Positions 40,787-51,396 of a stretch of 64,000 nt of DNA are shown here, in pieces. The stretch is from a virus. Each line of letters starts with the position of its first letter. The stretch's first letter is position 1. The position numbers were made by a program, and so were the translations under genes. Location of the stretch: the IMG/VR virus record IMGVR_UViG_3300031669_000007, positions 28,631 through 92,630 of that record. One strand, given 5' to 3'. The notes below the pieces were generated by a model. That model was not told where the DNA came from. It saw nothing but the letters and a program-made list of their open reading frames with translations, and did no database searches.

Positions 40787-41089
40787 ATGATATTTATCGA
40801 TAATAAATACACCAATTACTATTACAACATAGTTGATAGGGCAAAAGCAAGAACATTATCACCAGAAATCTATTCCGAAAAACACCATATCGTTCCGAAA
40901 AGTTTGGGTGGAGATAATTCGAAAAATAACTTAGCCAAACTTACTGCCCGGGAACACTTTATCTGCCATCGATTACTTATTAAAATGGTAGAAAATGATG
41001 ATCACAAGAAGAGTCAACATGAACAAGTGGAACTGAGTCCATTTCCCAGTGCTGTGGGAGATAGTCGCTTGCTATTTCAACAGCAGTGA
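40787..41089 (+). pseudogene. truncated HNH endonuclease (paralog of 37132..37953)
   Basis: EKHHIVPKSLGGDNS..LTAREHFICH, then similarity is lost. Confidence 0.7.
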
Positions 41090-41145
41090 ATAGTCGTTCG
41101 GCGAGTTCTCGCAAATCTTCTAACTCTTCTTGTATAGACATTTGT

Positions 41146-41373
41146 TTATTTTCCATTTAATATTTCCCTCAAAAGTTCAGCATCTAATTCTGCGGTAAGA
41201 TTGGCAATTAGCTCTTCCTCTACATCAAGGCCGTAAGTTGTATGTAAATCATAGTCTATCTTAATTGTCCAGCCTGCACTTATTGTTCTTATGGGCTTCT
41301 GAAGATTGTATTCTTTTTTTAATTCTTCCCATGCTTTATAGAACGTTCGCCGATGTTGCTTTGCTCTTTTCAT
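41146..41373 (-). CDS. hypothetical protein
   Basis: ORF track. Confidence 0.45.
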   Translation of the reverse strand: MKRAKQHRRTFYKAWEELKKEYNLQKPIRTISAGWTIKIDYDLHTTYGLDVEEELIANLTAELDAELLREILNGK

Positions 41374-41564
41374 AGTTCATCTGGCCATCTAACTATCTTT
41401 ACCTTCAATCCATCCCATGGGTTATAATGTGTTTTCTGCGGTTTACTTTTTGGCAATTCTTTAAGAGCTTGCCAAAAAAGAGGATTCTTTTTCCTCAATG
41501 GTCTTCGCTCACCCAATATTCTTTCTTTTGTCTTTGCTATTTTCATTTAATGAACGCATTAGCG

Positions 41565-42698
41565 TCATCTTGGCAATGTCGCACAGTAGTAAACAACTTT
41601 TTCGGCCTTACTCAAAAATTCCTTCTTTGTAGAGCCGTGCATTAAATTGGCATAAGTAACTAACAACGGCATACGACCCTTCCAATCAGCGATTACACGA
41701 TTAGAATAGATTAATTTGATCTTGTCGTCGTTCAATGAAGAAAAGTCTATGTTGTCTTTTAATGTTATGACCTTTATCTCATCTTCTTCAAAGAACTTCT
41801 TATATTCAGACATATCAGCTGTCAGAAAATTTGGATTGTAAACACAGATAGGCAGTCTGTCAACCTCAATTGCCCATCTAACGATGTCTTCACGCGAATG
41901 TTTTTCTTTACTATTGGGCACAAGATCAATGTTCCTATCAGCGCATAATTTAATAAACGTAGAACCATATTCTGCTTTAACCGTCGACTCTATGTCTTTG
42001 TTGATAGTGTATCCAAGAACACCCGCATTGTCAACCAGCGACAGTAGATTATCAAATCCAATATTTTCATTCAAATAATTAGCCATTGATTCTGGTGCGT
42101 TCTCCACATAGAATTTACCATCCTCATTCATGTTTAGTTCTATCTTATAGGGAGTTTTTTCTGCCTCAATAATCAGATCAAATAATTCTTGCACTTCTTT
42201 TGCGATAGCAATTTGCTCATTTTGTGCATAAGTCACCAGCCAGCTAACATTAAATTCTGTTGGTGCAAAAATCCACGCACCTTTGTCTTTACTCCACATA
42301 CATCTCCCGTGTGATAAAGGTAAGAATGCTTTAATTGCTAAAATTCTTGTGTTATTAAAGGGGAACCGAAGATAGATCATATCATCTTCAAAAGTGAGAC
42401 TTGATATATGCGAAACTTCTCGTAACGGCTTTCGATAGTTTTTATGATTAGGCTGATTAACTGATAACTTGCTTAATTGTTTATCATATTTACTGATCAG
42501 CGTTTCTACGAGAGATGCTTGCTTGTAAGATAAAGCGACACCCTTCTCCAAGGTTTGTGTTGCTACGCTTTGAACGAAGCTTACGTCGTATGACGCAAGA
42601 TGTATCACAGGTGCATTCCACGTTCCGAGATAGTTGCCACGTATATCTTTATACCCAGCAATAAACTCAATGTAGTCCTCAATAAACGGAAAAATCAT
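41565..42698 (-). CDS. conserved hypothetical protein upstream of uvsW
   Basis: start MIFPFIEDY with GAGG; TTGACT-N17-TATCAT at 42718-42746. Confidence 0.6.
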   Translation of the reverse strand: MIFPFIEDYIEFIAGYKDIRGNYLGTWNAPVIHLASYDVSFVQSVATQTLEKGVALSYKQASLVETLISKYDKQLSKLSVNQPNHKNYRKPLREVSHISSLTFEDDMIYLRFPFNNTRILAIKAFLPLSHGRCMWSKDKGAWIFAPTEFNVSWLVTYAQNEQIAIAKEVQELFDLIIEAEKTPYKIELNMNEDGKFYVENAPESMANYLNENIGFDNLLSLVDNAGVLGYTINKDIESTVKAEYGSTFIKLCADRNIDLVPNSKEKHSREDIVRWAIEVDRLPICVYNPNFLTADMSEYKKFFEEDEIKVITLKDNIDFSSLNDDKIKLIYSNRVIADWKGRMPLLVTYANLMHGSTKKEFLSKAEKVVYYCATLPR

Positions 42699-42771
42699 TT
42701 TCTTATCCTCATATGTCATGATAGCATAAAGCCGAAATACAGTCAAGCATTTCGGCTATTTGATGAGCCCG

Positions 42772-43718
42772 TTATCCGCGTTCCCACACGAGTGTGACAT
42801 ATGATGCGGCAATAACACAGAAAGGCGATATGCCCAATGAGCAAGATAGAGCCACCATTCGACTCGCATCAGTTATAGGAGGAAGAAGTAAGTAGTGAGT
42901 TATGAAATAATATCCTGCATAAGGAAGGGCAGCAAATATAAAAACTGCAATGATCAGACCAATATTTTTCATTTTCTTTCCCAATCAAGACAGTAATCAT
43001 CGCCGAGTTTAAGAGTTGCTTGATCTACAGTTAGTATCTTCCCGCTTGCTAACTGTATGACACCCGACCTGTATTCAAGTGCGAGAATTTTGTCAACCTT
43101 TTCAGACTTGGTGCAGACCATAGGATGCTGATGGTCTTCATATACACTGAATACAACCATCCCCACCATCGCCAACACAATTGCAATTATTACAATGTTA
43201 ATGTTTGTCAAGAATACTCGCTTGTTCATTTCACTTTCCCCTATTGTCCGAGTCCATCACTGGTTGCGGCGTTGTCATAAACTTCAATGTGCCTGTCGAT
43301 GTGTCAATAACTGGCGATGGCTGCACAGCAATAGGCTTCGGACGAGAACTTCTGTGTGGCTGATGCCACCTTGCAAAAAGAAGCATTATCGCAATAATCA
43401 AAATCAAAACTACATGATGTTTTTTTAGTTTGAGCATCATTATTTTATTGTCCTCAAAAGATACATCGTCACGTCTTCTCCGCCAATCAAAATTACTTCT
43501 TTTGAATAACGTAGTTTACCGTTGATTTTCATTTCACCCCACGCGTCAAGTGATTTTGGCGGAAGACCAAAATTAACGACGCGAATTTGTTTTTCTCCGA
43601 TAGAAGTTGTTGTGCCAATCAATAGTGTTGTCTTTCCATTTGCACATGCCACCGGGTCTCCAACTTTTAGAGGTCGACCAATTGCGTCAAAGTGAATAAC
43701 TTCTTCTTTCTTTGCCAT
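42772..43718 (-). CDS. four small genes (42772-42984, 42969-43229, 43231-43440, 43440-43718); three have N-terminal TM segments
   Basis: hydrophobic N-termini; coupled ORFs. Confidence 0.5.
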
Positions 43719-44599
43719 TATATTACTCTATTCAATTCAGCCCACAAAGGAATCTTGAATTTCTCAATTAAGTCATCGTCGCCATAATGCTGATAATAGA
43801 CGCGCATCTCCCACTCTCCGGGATTTACCTTTACTTCAACTAAGTCGTCTATTTCTGCTTCTTCAATGTTGAATTTATGCTTTGCTATGTCGGCTTTATC
43901 AACCCCTTCGAACCGCCAGACTCCACAAGATATCGTTCCCATCATTTCGCCAGGCGGAATAAGCGAGTTTCCTTCGTCATCATCTTCTGCATAGGCAGAT
44001 GTGATATAAATCTTGTCATCGTTGACTTTATATACCGCGCAAGACGTGTTGCCAAGTTGGCCATATGCTATGCCACGGTTTTCTGCGAGCCACTCCATTG
44101 TATTTTGCCGGCCGAGTGCGCCGTTGATGCTGAATTTCTCACCATATTTGATGTTATCTGGCAACTCGTCCATCGGACTAAAATAATTAGCAAACAGTAA
44201 TTCACCTGTTGGAAAGTTGATAGTTGTTTGTTCGCATCTCTCTTCAAATATACGATCGTAGCTTTTTGCCATTGCTATTATTTCTGTTTCACTTGCGTAA
44301 ATCGTGTCTCTCCCTCCGACATGTCGTGTCATATCACCCTCATAGTGCATAACATATTTGCCGTGTTCGTCACTATAAGTTTTGCCTATCTGCGATATAG
44401 TAATCTTGCCGACATTAAACGTATGAGTAATCACATATTCAAAAATAAGATGCATCAACATACTGCGAGTTCCATTCTCGCGCAATTCATCCCGGCTATT
44501 AGCTAACTCAATCAACTCGTCGGCAGTGCGGTGATCGGCTAACGGCCCAGCTCGAATGATATCCTCTAACTCTTTGTTTGTTTTATCCCGCAGTTCCAT
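43718..44599 (-). CDS. hypothetical protein
   Basis: 293-aa ORF. Confidence 0.6.
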   Translation of the reverse strand: MELRDKTNKELEDIIRAGPLADHRTADELIELANSRDELRENGTRSMLMHLIFEYVITHTFNVGKITISQIGKTYSDEHGKYVMHYEGDMTRHVGGRDTIYASETEIIAMAKSYDRIFEERCEQTTINFPTGELLFANYFSPMDELPDNIKYGEKFSINGALGRQNTMEWLAENRGIAYGQLGNTSCAVYKVNDDKIYITSAYAEDDDEGNSLIPPGEMMGTISCGVWRFEGVDKADIAKHKFNIEEAEIDDLVEVKVNPGEWEMRVYYQHYGDDDLIEKFKIPLWAELNRVI

Positions 44600-44748
44600 T
44601 ACTTCGTGTTCCTTGGTTTGGGAAGAATGCCTTTATCAATGAGGCCATTCCACTCTTCTCGTTCTGCGTAGATACCCATAATAAAGGCAACTATCATCGA
44701 TACTGCCACAATCAAAAGCCATAATGCTGTGCTCATTTCATTTCTCCC

Positions 44749-45075
44749 TTAGAGAACAAAAGCTGAATCGCCTGGTTTCACCTGAATGATCTCTACTTCT
44801 ACCTGAGCAGGTGAGGCAGCAGCTTGATATGCTTTACGCATAGTTGCGTCTTCCAGAAACTGTTCGCGAATCTCCGCTGTCTCAAAGACGACGTCGACTT
44901 CGACATTGTTGGTTGTCGTAACAAACATATTCTGGCTCTGCGTCATTGCTACTTGCTTGTGTTCGCTGAGGGAATACTTTGAGTCAACTAATGCGATGAA
45001 CTCGTCTATAACTGCTTGTGGTGTTCCGTAGAACCTGAAAAACATTCCGCGCTCTTTAAGATCTTGTTCTTTCAT
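44749..45075 (-). CDS. hypothetical protein
   Basis: start MKEQD with AGGAG. Confidence 0.55.
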   Translation of the reverse strand: MKEQDLKERGMFFRFYGTPQAVIDEFIALVDSKYSLSEHKQVAMTQSQNMFVTTTNNVEVDVVFETAEIREQFLEDATMRKAYQAAASPAQVEVEIIQVKPGDSAFVL

Positions 45076-45244
45076 TTCATTTCTCCTACAGTTGGTTTCT
45101 GTATCCAAACTTGGCACATGCCTGTTCATAAAAACTTGTGTCGGTCATCCATCCGGCCTTCACTGCTTTCAACCACTCGATTGCCGGCATGCCATAATAA
45201 AAATACATCACTGATTCCATTTTCTTCTCCTCAAAAACTGCGTC

Positions 45245-46291
45245 TTACGACGCAGATTTCATAACCAGTTCTTGTGCAAACGACTGCCACTTTGCTGGGA
45301 AGCTCTTATACAAGTCAGCCACTTTCAGTGCAGTCCGCAAGCTGGTTTCGCGCAATTTGGGCTGGTTAGCAAACAAGAAGTCAATCACTTCTGCTTCTTG
45401 CTCTTTCTCGAAGTCATAGCTGCTAAACAGCTCGCCAGTATTAGCGATTTGACGGATACGCAACAGCTTCTCGCGAGTTGTGTCAAGCTTCAGATCCAAG
45501 TAGTGACAACGTGATTCCAGGGCTTTCAAATGCTCTTGCAAAGTCTTGGAACGGATGTTCTCGAACTTGATGTTTGTGATGAATATGATCGAACCTTTGA
45601 AGTTGAACGAGCGAGGAATATCAGCGCCGTCAAGTGCGCGAGATTCCTTGTTCCAGGAAATCTTGCGAACTTTGCTCGTGTCGAGTGCTGCTTTCAGCAA
45701 GTTCAAAGTAGTAGTCTCATAAAACAGTTCATCGCAATCGTCCATGACAAGAACATTGTCTCTGTCGCTGAACTCATACAGTTTTTGATACAAGCCGATG
45801 TCGGACATTCCGCCCTTCACGACTTCTGATTTGACTTTGCGATTTGCGATACGATCAAACACTGCGGCGCGTTCCAGTTCAGCTTCAACGCCGAACGATT
45901 TACCTACGCCAGGGGGACCAGTTACGATCATCGCACGAATGTCCCCAGCACATGCAGCCTTTGTCATTTCATGCAAGATTTCAAAGCGATTGGAAATACG
46001 CTCCATCACTACTTCGTCGGATTCTGCTTCTGCTACTTTAACAGCAGGAGCATTTTCAATGCGGCCGTTTGCCAGGAATTCTTCGATCGTGCTTGGCACT
46101 GCATCGCGAATGCTTTCAACTTTAACGCGGATTTTTTCTTTGCCGGCGCCGAACGCATGTGATCCGTCAACTGTGACGAACGCAGGCTGATCTCCGTGCT
46201 TTGTATATGCTTTAATCAGGGGGAATACAACATTCTCAACAGCTTTGCCGCAATATGTTCCTGCAATAACTTTGATGTATGCTTGTGTCAT
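45245..46291 (-). CDS. AAA+/P-loop ATPase, early gene
   Basis: GPPGVGKS, VLVMDDCD, IIFITN, ALESR. Confidence 0.85.
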   Translation of the reverse strand: MTQAYIKVIAGTYCGKAVENVVFPLIKAYTKHGDQPAFVTVDGSHAFGAGKEKIRVKVESIRDAVPSTIEEFLANGRIENAPAVKVAEAESDEVVMERISNRFEILHEMTKAACAGDIRAMIVTGPPGVGKSFGVEAELERAAVFDRIANRKVKSEVVKGGMSDIGLYQKLYEFSDRDNVLVMDDCDELFYETTTLNLLKAALDTSKVRKISWNKESRALDGADIPRSFNFKGSIIFITNIKFENIRSKTLQEHLKALESRCHYLDLKLDTTREKLLRIRQIANTGELFSSYDFEKEQEAEVIDFLFANQPKLRETSLRTALKVADLYKSFPAKWQSFAQELVMKSAS

Positions 46292-46323
46292 TTATTACTC
46301 CTGTTGTTTAACTGTATGAAGCT

Positions 46324-46351
46324 ATTATACGCTTTCGGTAGGAAATGTCAA
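46324..46351 (-). promoter_or_regulatory. sigma70-type early promoter
   Basis: TTGACA-N16-TATAAT. Confidence 0.8.
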
Positions 46352-46378
46352 GAACTTTTTCGAATGATTTGCATCGTA

Positions 46379-46423
46379 TAATCAATGACTTACAATTCGT
46401 TGCATGACGCAAGTCATTGATTA
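46379..46423. promoter_or_regulatory. 13-bp inverted repeat TAATCAATGACTT-N19-AAGTCATTGATTA
   Basis: same motif at 47052-47077 and 48917-48929, each upstream of an early promoter. Confidence 0.6.
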
Positions 46424-46485
46424 TGTTGATATTTTTTGGTTGCTCAAAGACGATATTAGATCGTCGTGTGTGCCGTGTTACACAG

Positions 46486-46515
46486 AACAGCGGACGTTTT
46501 TTGACATCCGCTGTT
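46486..46515 (-). terminator. hairpin terminator after the Lys-rich gene
   Basis: AACAGCGGA...TCCGCTGTT. Confidence 0.6.
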
Positions 46516-46522
46516 GAATCAA

Positions 46523-46951
46523 TTACTTAGCGTTCCAGATGTCAGTTGCATACTTCTTAGCCTGCGATTTGTTCTGACCTAAGTCATTGATTCCGTAGGC
46601 GATTGCATCTTCAACTGTTTTGCCATCTTTTTTGGCTTTGGCGACGAACTCACGCATCAAGTCCGCGTTTGACTTCTTGCCCTTTGCTTTTTTGGCTTTT
46701 GCTTTTTTAGCTTTTGCTTTCTTAGCAGGAGCAACTTTTGCAACAGCATTCTTTTTTGCAGCTTCGATCGTTGCGTCAACTTTCTTGGCAACAGTAACTT
46801 CTTTGCCATCAAAAACAACGAACACACATTGCTTATTGATCTTACCACCTTGAACGTGGTCAAATTTCATTCCGCGCTGAACCATTTTGTGAATGTTAGC
46901 TGGAACAGTAACTTTGATGTTGGCAGTAGAAGTATAAGTATATTGTGTCAT
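46523..46951 (-). CDS. Lys/Ala-rich histone-H1-like DNA-binding protein
   Basis: PAKKAKAKKAKAKKAKGKK. Confidence 0.6.
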   Translation of the reverse strand: MTQYTYTSTANIKVTVPANIHKMVQRGMKFDHVQGGKINKQCVFVVFDGKEVTVAKKVDATIEAAKKNAVAKVAPAKKAKAKKAKAKKAKGKKSNADLMREFVAKAKKDGKTVEDAIAYGINDLGQNKSQAKKYATDIWNAK

Positions 46952-46983
46952 TTGTTGCTCCTCTTTATTAACTGTATGAAGCT

Positions 46984-47011
46984 ATTATACGCTTTATAAC
47001 CGAAATGTCAA
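46984..47011 (-). promoter_or_regulatory. sigma70-type early promoter; leader duplicated with the 46324 promoter
   Basis: TTGACA-N16-TATAAT; identical AAAGCGTATAATAGCTTCATACAGTTAA. Confidence 0.8.
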
Positions 47012-47075
47012 GAGATTTCTCATTTATTTTCAAGAAAGATCTGCCCTATGAAATCAATGACTTATAAGTTGTTGA

Positions 47076-47558
47076 TTATATTGAAATAATCATTTGATGT
47101 TTGTATATAGAAACACGGAAGTGTGTCAGAAAGTCTTCGCCAATTACTGAAATATCGGTCATGTTTTTAATATATTGAACGGTCACATCGTTAGCAACGA
47201 ATTTCCCCATGACCAAACTATTTACTGGTGCGCTGCATGATTGCACTTCTCCGTTAGCCGTCACAACAGTTGACGTATCGGTGCAGCTCGTAATCCCCAA
47301 TTTTTTGACGAGATCGTATGACAGAGAAGTATATGATGCTCCCGTATCGATCATAAACTTAGCTGGTATTCCGTTGACTGATCCATTTACTATGTAGACA
47401 CCAATGTCGTTATCTGTCAATACCATTGATCTACCAGGAAGCGGTGCTGGTCCATCGAAGACAATACACTGATGCATAGATTTCACATATGATGCTAATG
47501 CAGATATCAAAACAAATACCACACTAAAAATAAATATTGAGATAGCGACTGGTTTCAT
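47076..47558 (-). CDS. membrane-anchored clan AA (retropepsin-like) aspartyl protease
   Basis: FMIDTGASYTSL, TANG, VIGEDFL; N-terminal TM. Confidence 0.88.
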   Translation of the reverse strand: MKPVAISIFIFSVVFVLISALASYVKSMHQCIVFDGPAPLPGRSMVLTDNDIGVYIVNGSVNGIPAKFMIDTGASYTSLSYDLVKKLGITSCTDTSTVVTANGEVQSCSAPVNSLVMGKFVANDVTVQYIKNMTDISVIGEDFLTHFRVSIYKHQMIISI

Positions 47559-47938
47559 TGTTCTTCCTTTAAAATATTCCAAACTACATCTTTTTCTGGA
47601 GTGAGTAATCTTTTCTCTTCAAGTATTTTTCTACGCTGTTCATTTGATAACTCCAGCCATTCTTGCACTTTTTCATAAGACCCAAATGCTTGATCCGGAC
47701 CTACGTTGATTATCCATCGGCACATTGCCATTAATGCTGACCAGGTGTTTGCACGATGTGATCTAACTGCTGCACCCATTAAATCATTTGCGAATACAGC
47801 ATAATGAAAGCTTCCTGGCGGAAAACCGAGGACGAGATAGTTATACAACTCTTGTGCCCATTCTTCTGAGACTACAAGACCACGATCTGGCGTAAACGAT
47901 TCCCAAAAAACTTGATCTGTTTTAGTTGGACTTGTCAT
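47555..47938 (-). CDS. hypothetical protein ending in VVWNILK
   Basis: G.PPGSF..AVFANDL. Confidence 0.6.
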   Translation of the reverse strand: MTSPTKTDQVFWESFTPDRGLVVSEEWAQELYNYLVLGFPPGSFHYAVFANDLMGAAVRSHRANTWSALMAMCRWIINVGPDQAFGSYEKVQEWLELSNEQRRKILEEKRLLTPEKDVVWNILKEEQ

Positions 47939-48609
47939 ACTTTTGCTGTGACCATTCCTCTCATAAGCATTTCTACTTCAACAAGTGCTTTTTCAATTCC
48001 GCCCTGTTCAAACATTACATCATCTCCCCAGCCGGAATGTGCTTCAATGCTTTTAAGAAACTTTACTTGCCCCAAGCACATATCGTCCTGCGTAAGTTCT
48101 TTGCCCAAACGTATGGACATTTCTTCGCGCAATCCGTCAATGATCATTTCTTTCCACGTTGGACGAAATGCCTGCATCAAATCTGCATCACGAATAATCT
48201 TTTGTTCGATGCATACTGGCTCAAGAACATACGGGTATTCTGTCACATAGATCAACTGCTTAATCTCACGAGCATCAACTGCATTTTTGTCGCTGTTTAA
48301 GTGTGCATCAAATCGACTGAAGCCAGCAATTGCTCTACTAATATTTACTGTGTCGGTAAGTTTTCCTCCACTGTGATCAAAATCATGGAACAGTGCTGCA
48401 ATAATCAGATGCCGAATAGATCGATACGGTAAGTTGTGGAAGTTTGCTCCCTCAACAACTTTTTCGACCATGCACAATATGTGATACCAATTGTGATATG
48501 GCAAGTTATTTGACGGGTTCTTTTCAGCAACATATTGATAGACATAACCTACACCAAAACGATGGTAGAGATTTTTAACTTTGTCATGTAATTCTTCGTC
48601 GACGACCAT
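47935..48609 (-). CDS. HD-domain phosphohydrolase
   Basis: YHNWYH, ALFHDFDH, RDADL. Confidence 0.85.
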   Translation of the reverse strand: MVVDEELHDKVKNLYHRFGVGYVYQYVAEKNPSNNLPYHNWYHILCMVEKVVEGANFHNLPYRSIRHLIIAALFHDFDHSGGKLTDTVNISRAIAGFSRFDAHLNSDKNAVDAREIKQLIYVTEYPYVLEPVCIEQKIIRDADLMQAFRPTWKEMIIDGLREEMSIRLGKELTQDDMCLGQVKFLKSIEAHSGWGDDVMFEQGGIEKALVEVEMLMRGMVTAKV

Positions 48610-48833
48610 TTTTGTGCCCTTAGTTCTTTGATTTGTGCTTCGAGATTCGAAATGTGTTTGTTGCTTGCTGCTTCGTTGCCGCGCAAAGTCATCTCAGTAT
48701 TGCGGCGCATGGCGTCTTGTGCTGCTTTTTCTACATCTCGAGCGAAACGCAAAAGTGATTGTAGATCGCCACTTGTAAAAACCATCTCACGTGTTGCAAT
48801 CTCAATAATCTGAGAATCAGTTAGGTTAACCAT
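48549..48833 (-). CDS. hypothetical protein
   Basis: AGGAG RBS; early promoter upstream. Confidence 0.5.
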   Translation of the reverse strand: MVNLTDSQIIEIATREMVFTSGDLQSLLRFARDVEKAAQDAMRRNTEMTLRGNEAASNKHISNLEAQIKELRAQKWSSTKNYMTKLKISTIVLV

Positions 48834-48860
48834 TTGTTTCTCCTGAAGTGTAATGTATCC

Positions 48861-48888
48861 ATTATACACTCTTTTGATGATCTGTCAA
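48861..48888 (-). promoter_or_regulatory. sigma70-type early promoter; hairpin at 48895-48919 upstream
   Basis: TTGACA-N16-TATAAT. Confidence 0.75.
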
Positions 48889-48926
48889 GCAAAGAATCAG
48901 GAGATTTCTCTCCTGATTTCAATGAC

Positions 48927-50324
48927 TTACTTATTAGCTTCTGCTCTTACTTCGTCGAAAGTCCATTCTTTAACCAACTTGCCGTTTTTGTAAACGGTTT
49001 TGATCACTTCTACCCAACCAGCTTCTTCATACTCTTCCAAGTGATCCAGGGTAATGGCTTTAAAATGTCCGTCACGTTCTATGGTGGTGACGCGTCCTTT
49101 CTTGCTACGCTTTCCTGAATCAGTAATTGGATCTTTAAATACTTCAACCCAGGTTCCGTCGATCAATACTGCTGACATTTTTTGTGCAAACTTCAGGGTG
49201 TCGCGATCAACGGCTTGCAACAATTTTCCGCCCTGACCAAAAGTGCCAATGCAATCTGCTGAGTAACCAGCAATCTTCAAATTCAGCAAAATGCTTTGGA
49301 TTGATTTGTGGTCAATGCCGTCGCCTTGCAGAACGCGAACAGTATTCAGAACCTTGTATCCTTTTGCGTTGACGGTGCTACCAAAGTAGATGTCCAGTTG
49401 ACGAACTGCTTGCAGAACGATATCTGCTGGTATTCCAGAGTCTGGGCGAACTACCAGGGTTGCGCCTGATTCGATAATTTGCGGCTTCAGAGAAGTGCCA
49501 AACATTTTGATTGCATTCATCAAACTGTAGCTGTCTGACACGATTGAAACGTATGCGCCCGGTTTTGCAAAGTGATTCAGCATATTTCTGTATGCATCTT
49601 CTTCGCGGGACCTTCCCCACGACGTGACAGTGCTGTGTTCCATTGCAGGAACGCCCATGCTTGGTGGGACAGTTGCGCCATAGTAATCCATTGCGGCACA
49701 TATTCCTGCAACAGTATCGCTACCGCTGAAGTTTACCAAGTGAGCTGCTCCGCCGATTTCTGCTGACTCTTGGCTGGATACGCCACGAGCGCCGAAGTCC
49801 CACAACATGAATGGCAATGCTTCAACAGTTCCGGTTTCTTCCAGAAAATGCCTGATAATTTTTTTGGACTCGTAGCTGTTAGATGCAACAGTGGTGCCAT
49901 ACCACACTGCTCTCAGCAATTGGGTTTCGATGAATGCTGCTGCCCATGCCATTCCTGGTTCAGTTTCAACAGTGTAGAGAGGCAACGAAGTTGGCATACG
50001 CTTTCCTTCTGGAACCGCACGAATGGTTACGGGCCAGTATCCGCCGAACTTGTTTACTATTTCTTCAAACCCTTCGCGGTTGAAGGGCATTCCGTATGCA
50101 ATGACAAACTTTTCTGCCTGGTCAATATCTTCCAGAGTGATTGGAGTCATCATGTAACGCTTGATGAACATTTGCAACATGGCGAAAATAGTTTCTTCAA
50201 ATTCGCCACCGCGCGATTCACCGTATGCGTAACCTACGCTGGTGCCTGGTGGCAATTGCAGGTAGTGTGAGTATTTGTATCCGTCTGCCATGAGCAGCGG
50301 GTTGGAACTTAATAATTTAGTCAT
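48927..50324 (-). CDS. nadV: nicotinamide phosphoribosyltransferase
   Basis: ADGYKYSH, DFGARG, PAMEHS, SIVSDSY, VVRPDSG, QGDG, KDPITD.GKRSKKG. Confidence 0.95.
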   Translation of the reverse strand: MTKLLSSNPLLMADGYKYSHYLQLPPGTSVGYAYGESRGGEFEETIFAMLQMFIKRYMMTPITLEDIDQAEKFVIAYGMPFNREGFEEIVNKFGGYWPVTIRAVPEGKRMPTSLPLYTVETEPGMAWAAAFIETQLLRAVWYGTTVASNSYESKKIIRHFLEETGTVEALPFMLWDFGARGVSSQESAEIGGAAHLVNFSGSDTVAGICAAMDYYGATVPPSMGVPAMEHSTVTSWGRSREEDAYRNMLNHFAKPGAYVSIVSDSYSLMNAIKMFGTSLKPQIIESGATLVVRPDSGIPADIVLQAVRQLDIYFGSTVNAKGYKVLNTVRVLQGDGIDHKSIQSILLNLKIAGYSADCIGTFGQGGKLLQAVDRDTLKFAQKMSAVLIDGTWVEVFKDPITDSGKRSKKGRVTTIERDGHFKAITLDHLEEYEEAGWVEVIKTVYKNGKLVKEWTFDEVRAEANK

Positions 50325-50348
50325 TTTAAATCTCCTTTAAAAGTTAAA

Positions 50349-50371
50349 CAGATTCGGTCTATCCAAATCTG
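50349..50371 (-). promoter_or_regulatory. GAUAGAC-loop hairpin 1 (5' UTR of nadV)
   Basis: CAGAUUUG-GAUAGAC-CGAAUCUG. Confidence 0.7.
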
Positions 50372-50445
50372 ACCCGTAATTTACGGGATTTATTACCATA
50401 TTCTCCAACTTTGCATAAATAAACATATAGAGGAGAATATAGCAA

Positions 50446-51396
50446 ATGTCATCATTATTGCAAAGGCAACAACAATTTATCAGTAAAGCAAAAATCGCGC
50501 ATAATTCGGTTTATTCCTATGCCAATGTCGCATATCTAAATTCAGGAACTAAAGTATCAGTGACCTGTTCTGAGCACGGCGATTTTATGGTAACGCCCGA
50601 TAATCATACTGGTCGAAAATCTGGGTGTCCTAAATGTGCTCTACAAAAAGCATCAACTCGATATTCCGATACCACCGAATCCTTCATTACAAAAGCAATG
50701 AACATACACAAAAATTCTTACGATTATTCATCTGTTACTTACTCAAGTAGTAAAACACCAGTGTCTATTCGTTGTATTAAGCACAATGCAGTATTTCTGC
50801 AAACCCCAACAAATCATATATCTGGAGCCGGTTGCCCACAGTGTGCTTTAGACTCTCGATCTACTATCAGAACGTTACCCCTCGCCGACTTTATTTCTAA
50901 AGCTACTGCTATCCATAACAACAAATATGACTACTCAAAAATAACACTCGTCGAATATAAATCAAAGCGTATTACTATTATTTGTCCATCACACGGAGAA
51001 TTCAAACAAAATAAACACGATCATACTCGATCTAAAGCTGGATGCCCAAAATGCAACTCATCTAAAGGTGAAAATGCAGTTAGACAAACTTTAATACAAA
51101 ACAACATTCAATTCGAAGAACAAAAAACATTTAAAGATCTATACTACAAAAACAAAAAAGCAAAGCTTCGATATGACTTCTACTTACCGACACACAATAT
51201 ACTAATAGAGTATGATGGTCAGGGTCATTATCGACCATCCCACAGATCATCATTACAAGAATTTAACGAGGGATGTATCAGGGACGGGCTCAAAGATAAA
51301 TATGCCCGTGACAATGAATTATTGCTCCTTCGTATTCCATACTTCAAATTTGCCGAGATTGAGCACATTATCAAAGCCCAACTAAAGATAAAATAA
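50446..51396 (+). mobile_element. homing endonuclease with three CxxH/CPxC zinc repeats and a Vsr-like nuclease domain
   Basis: FISKA..H...YDYS...C..HG.F......H....GCPKC x3; LRYDFYLP..LIEYDG.GH. Confidence 0.85.
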
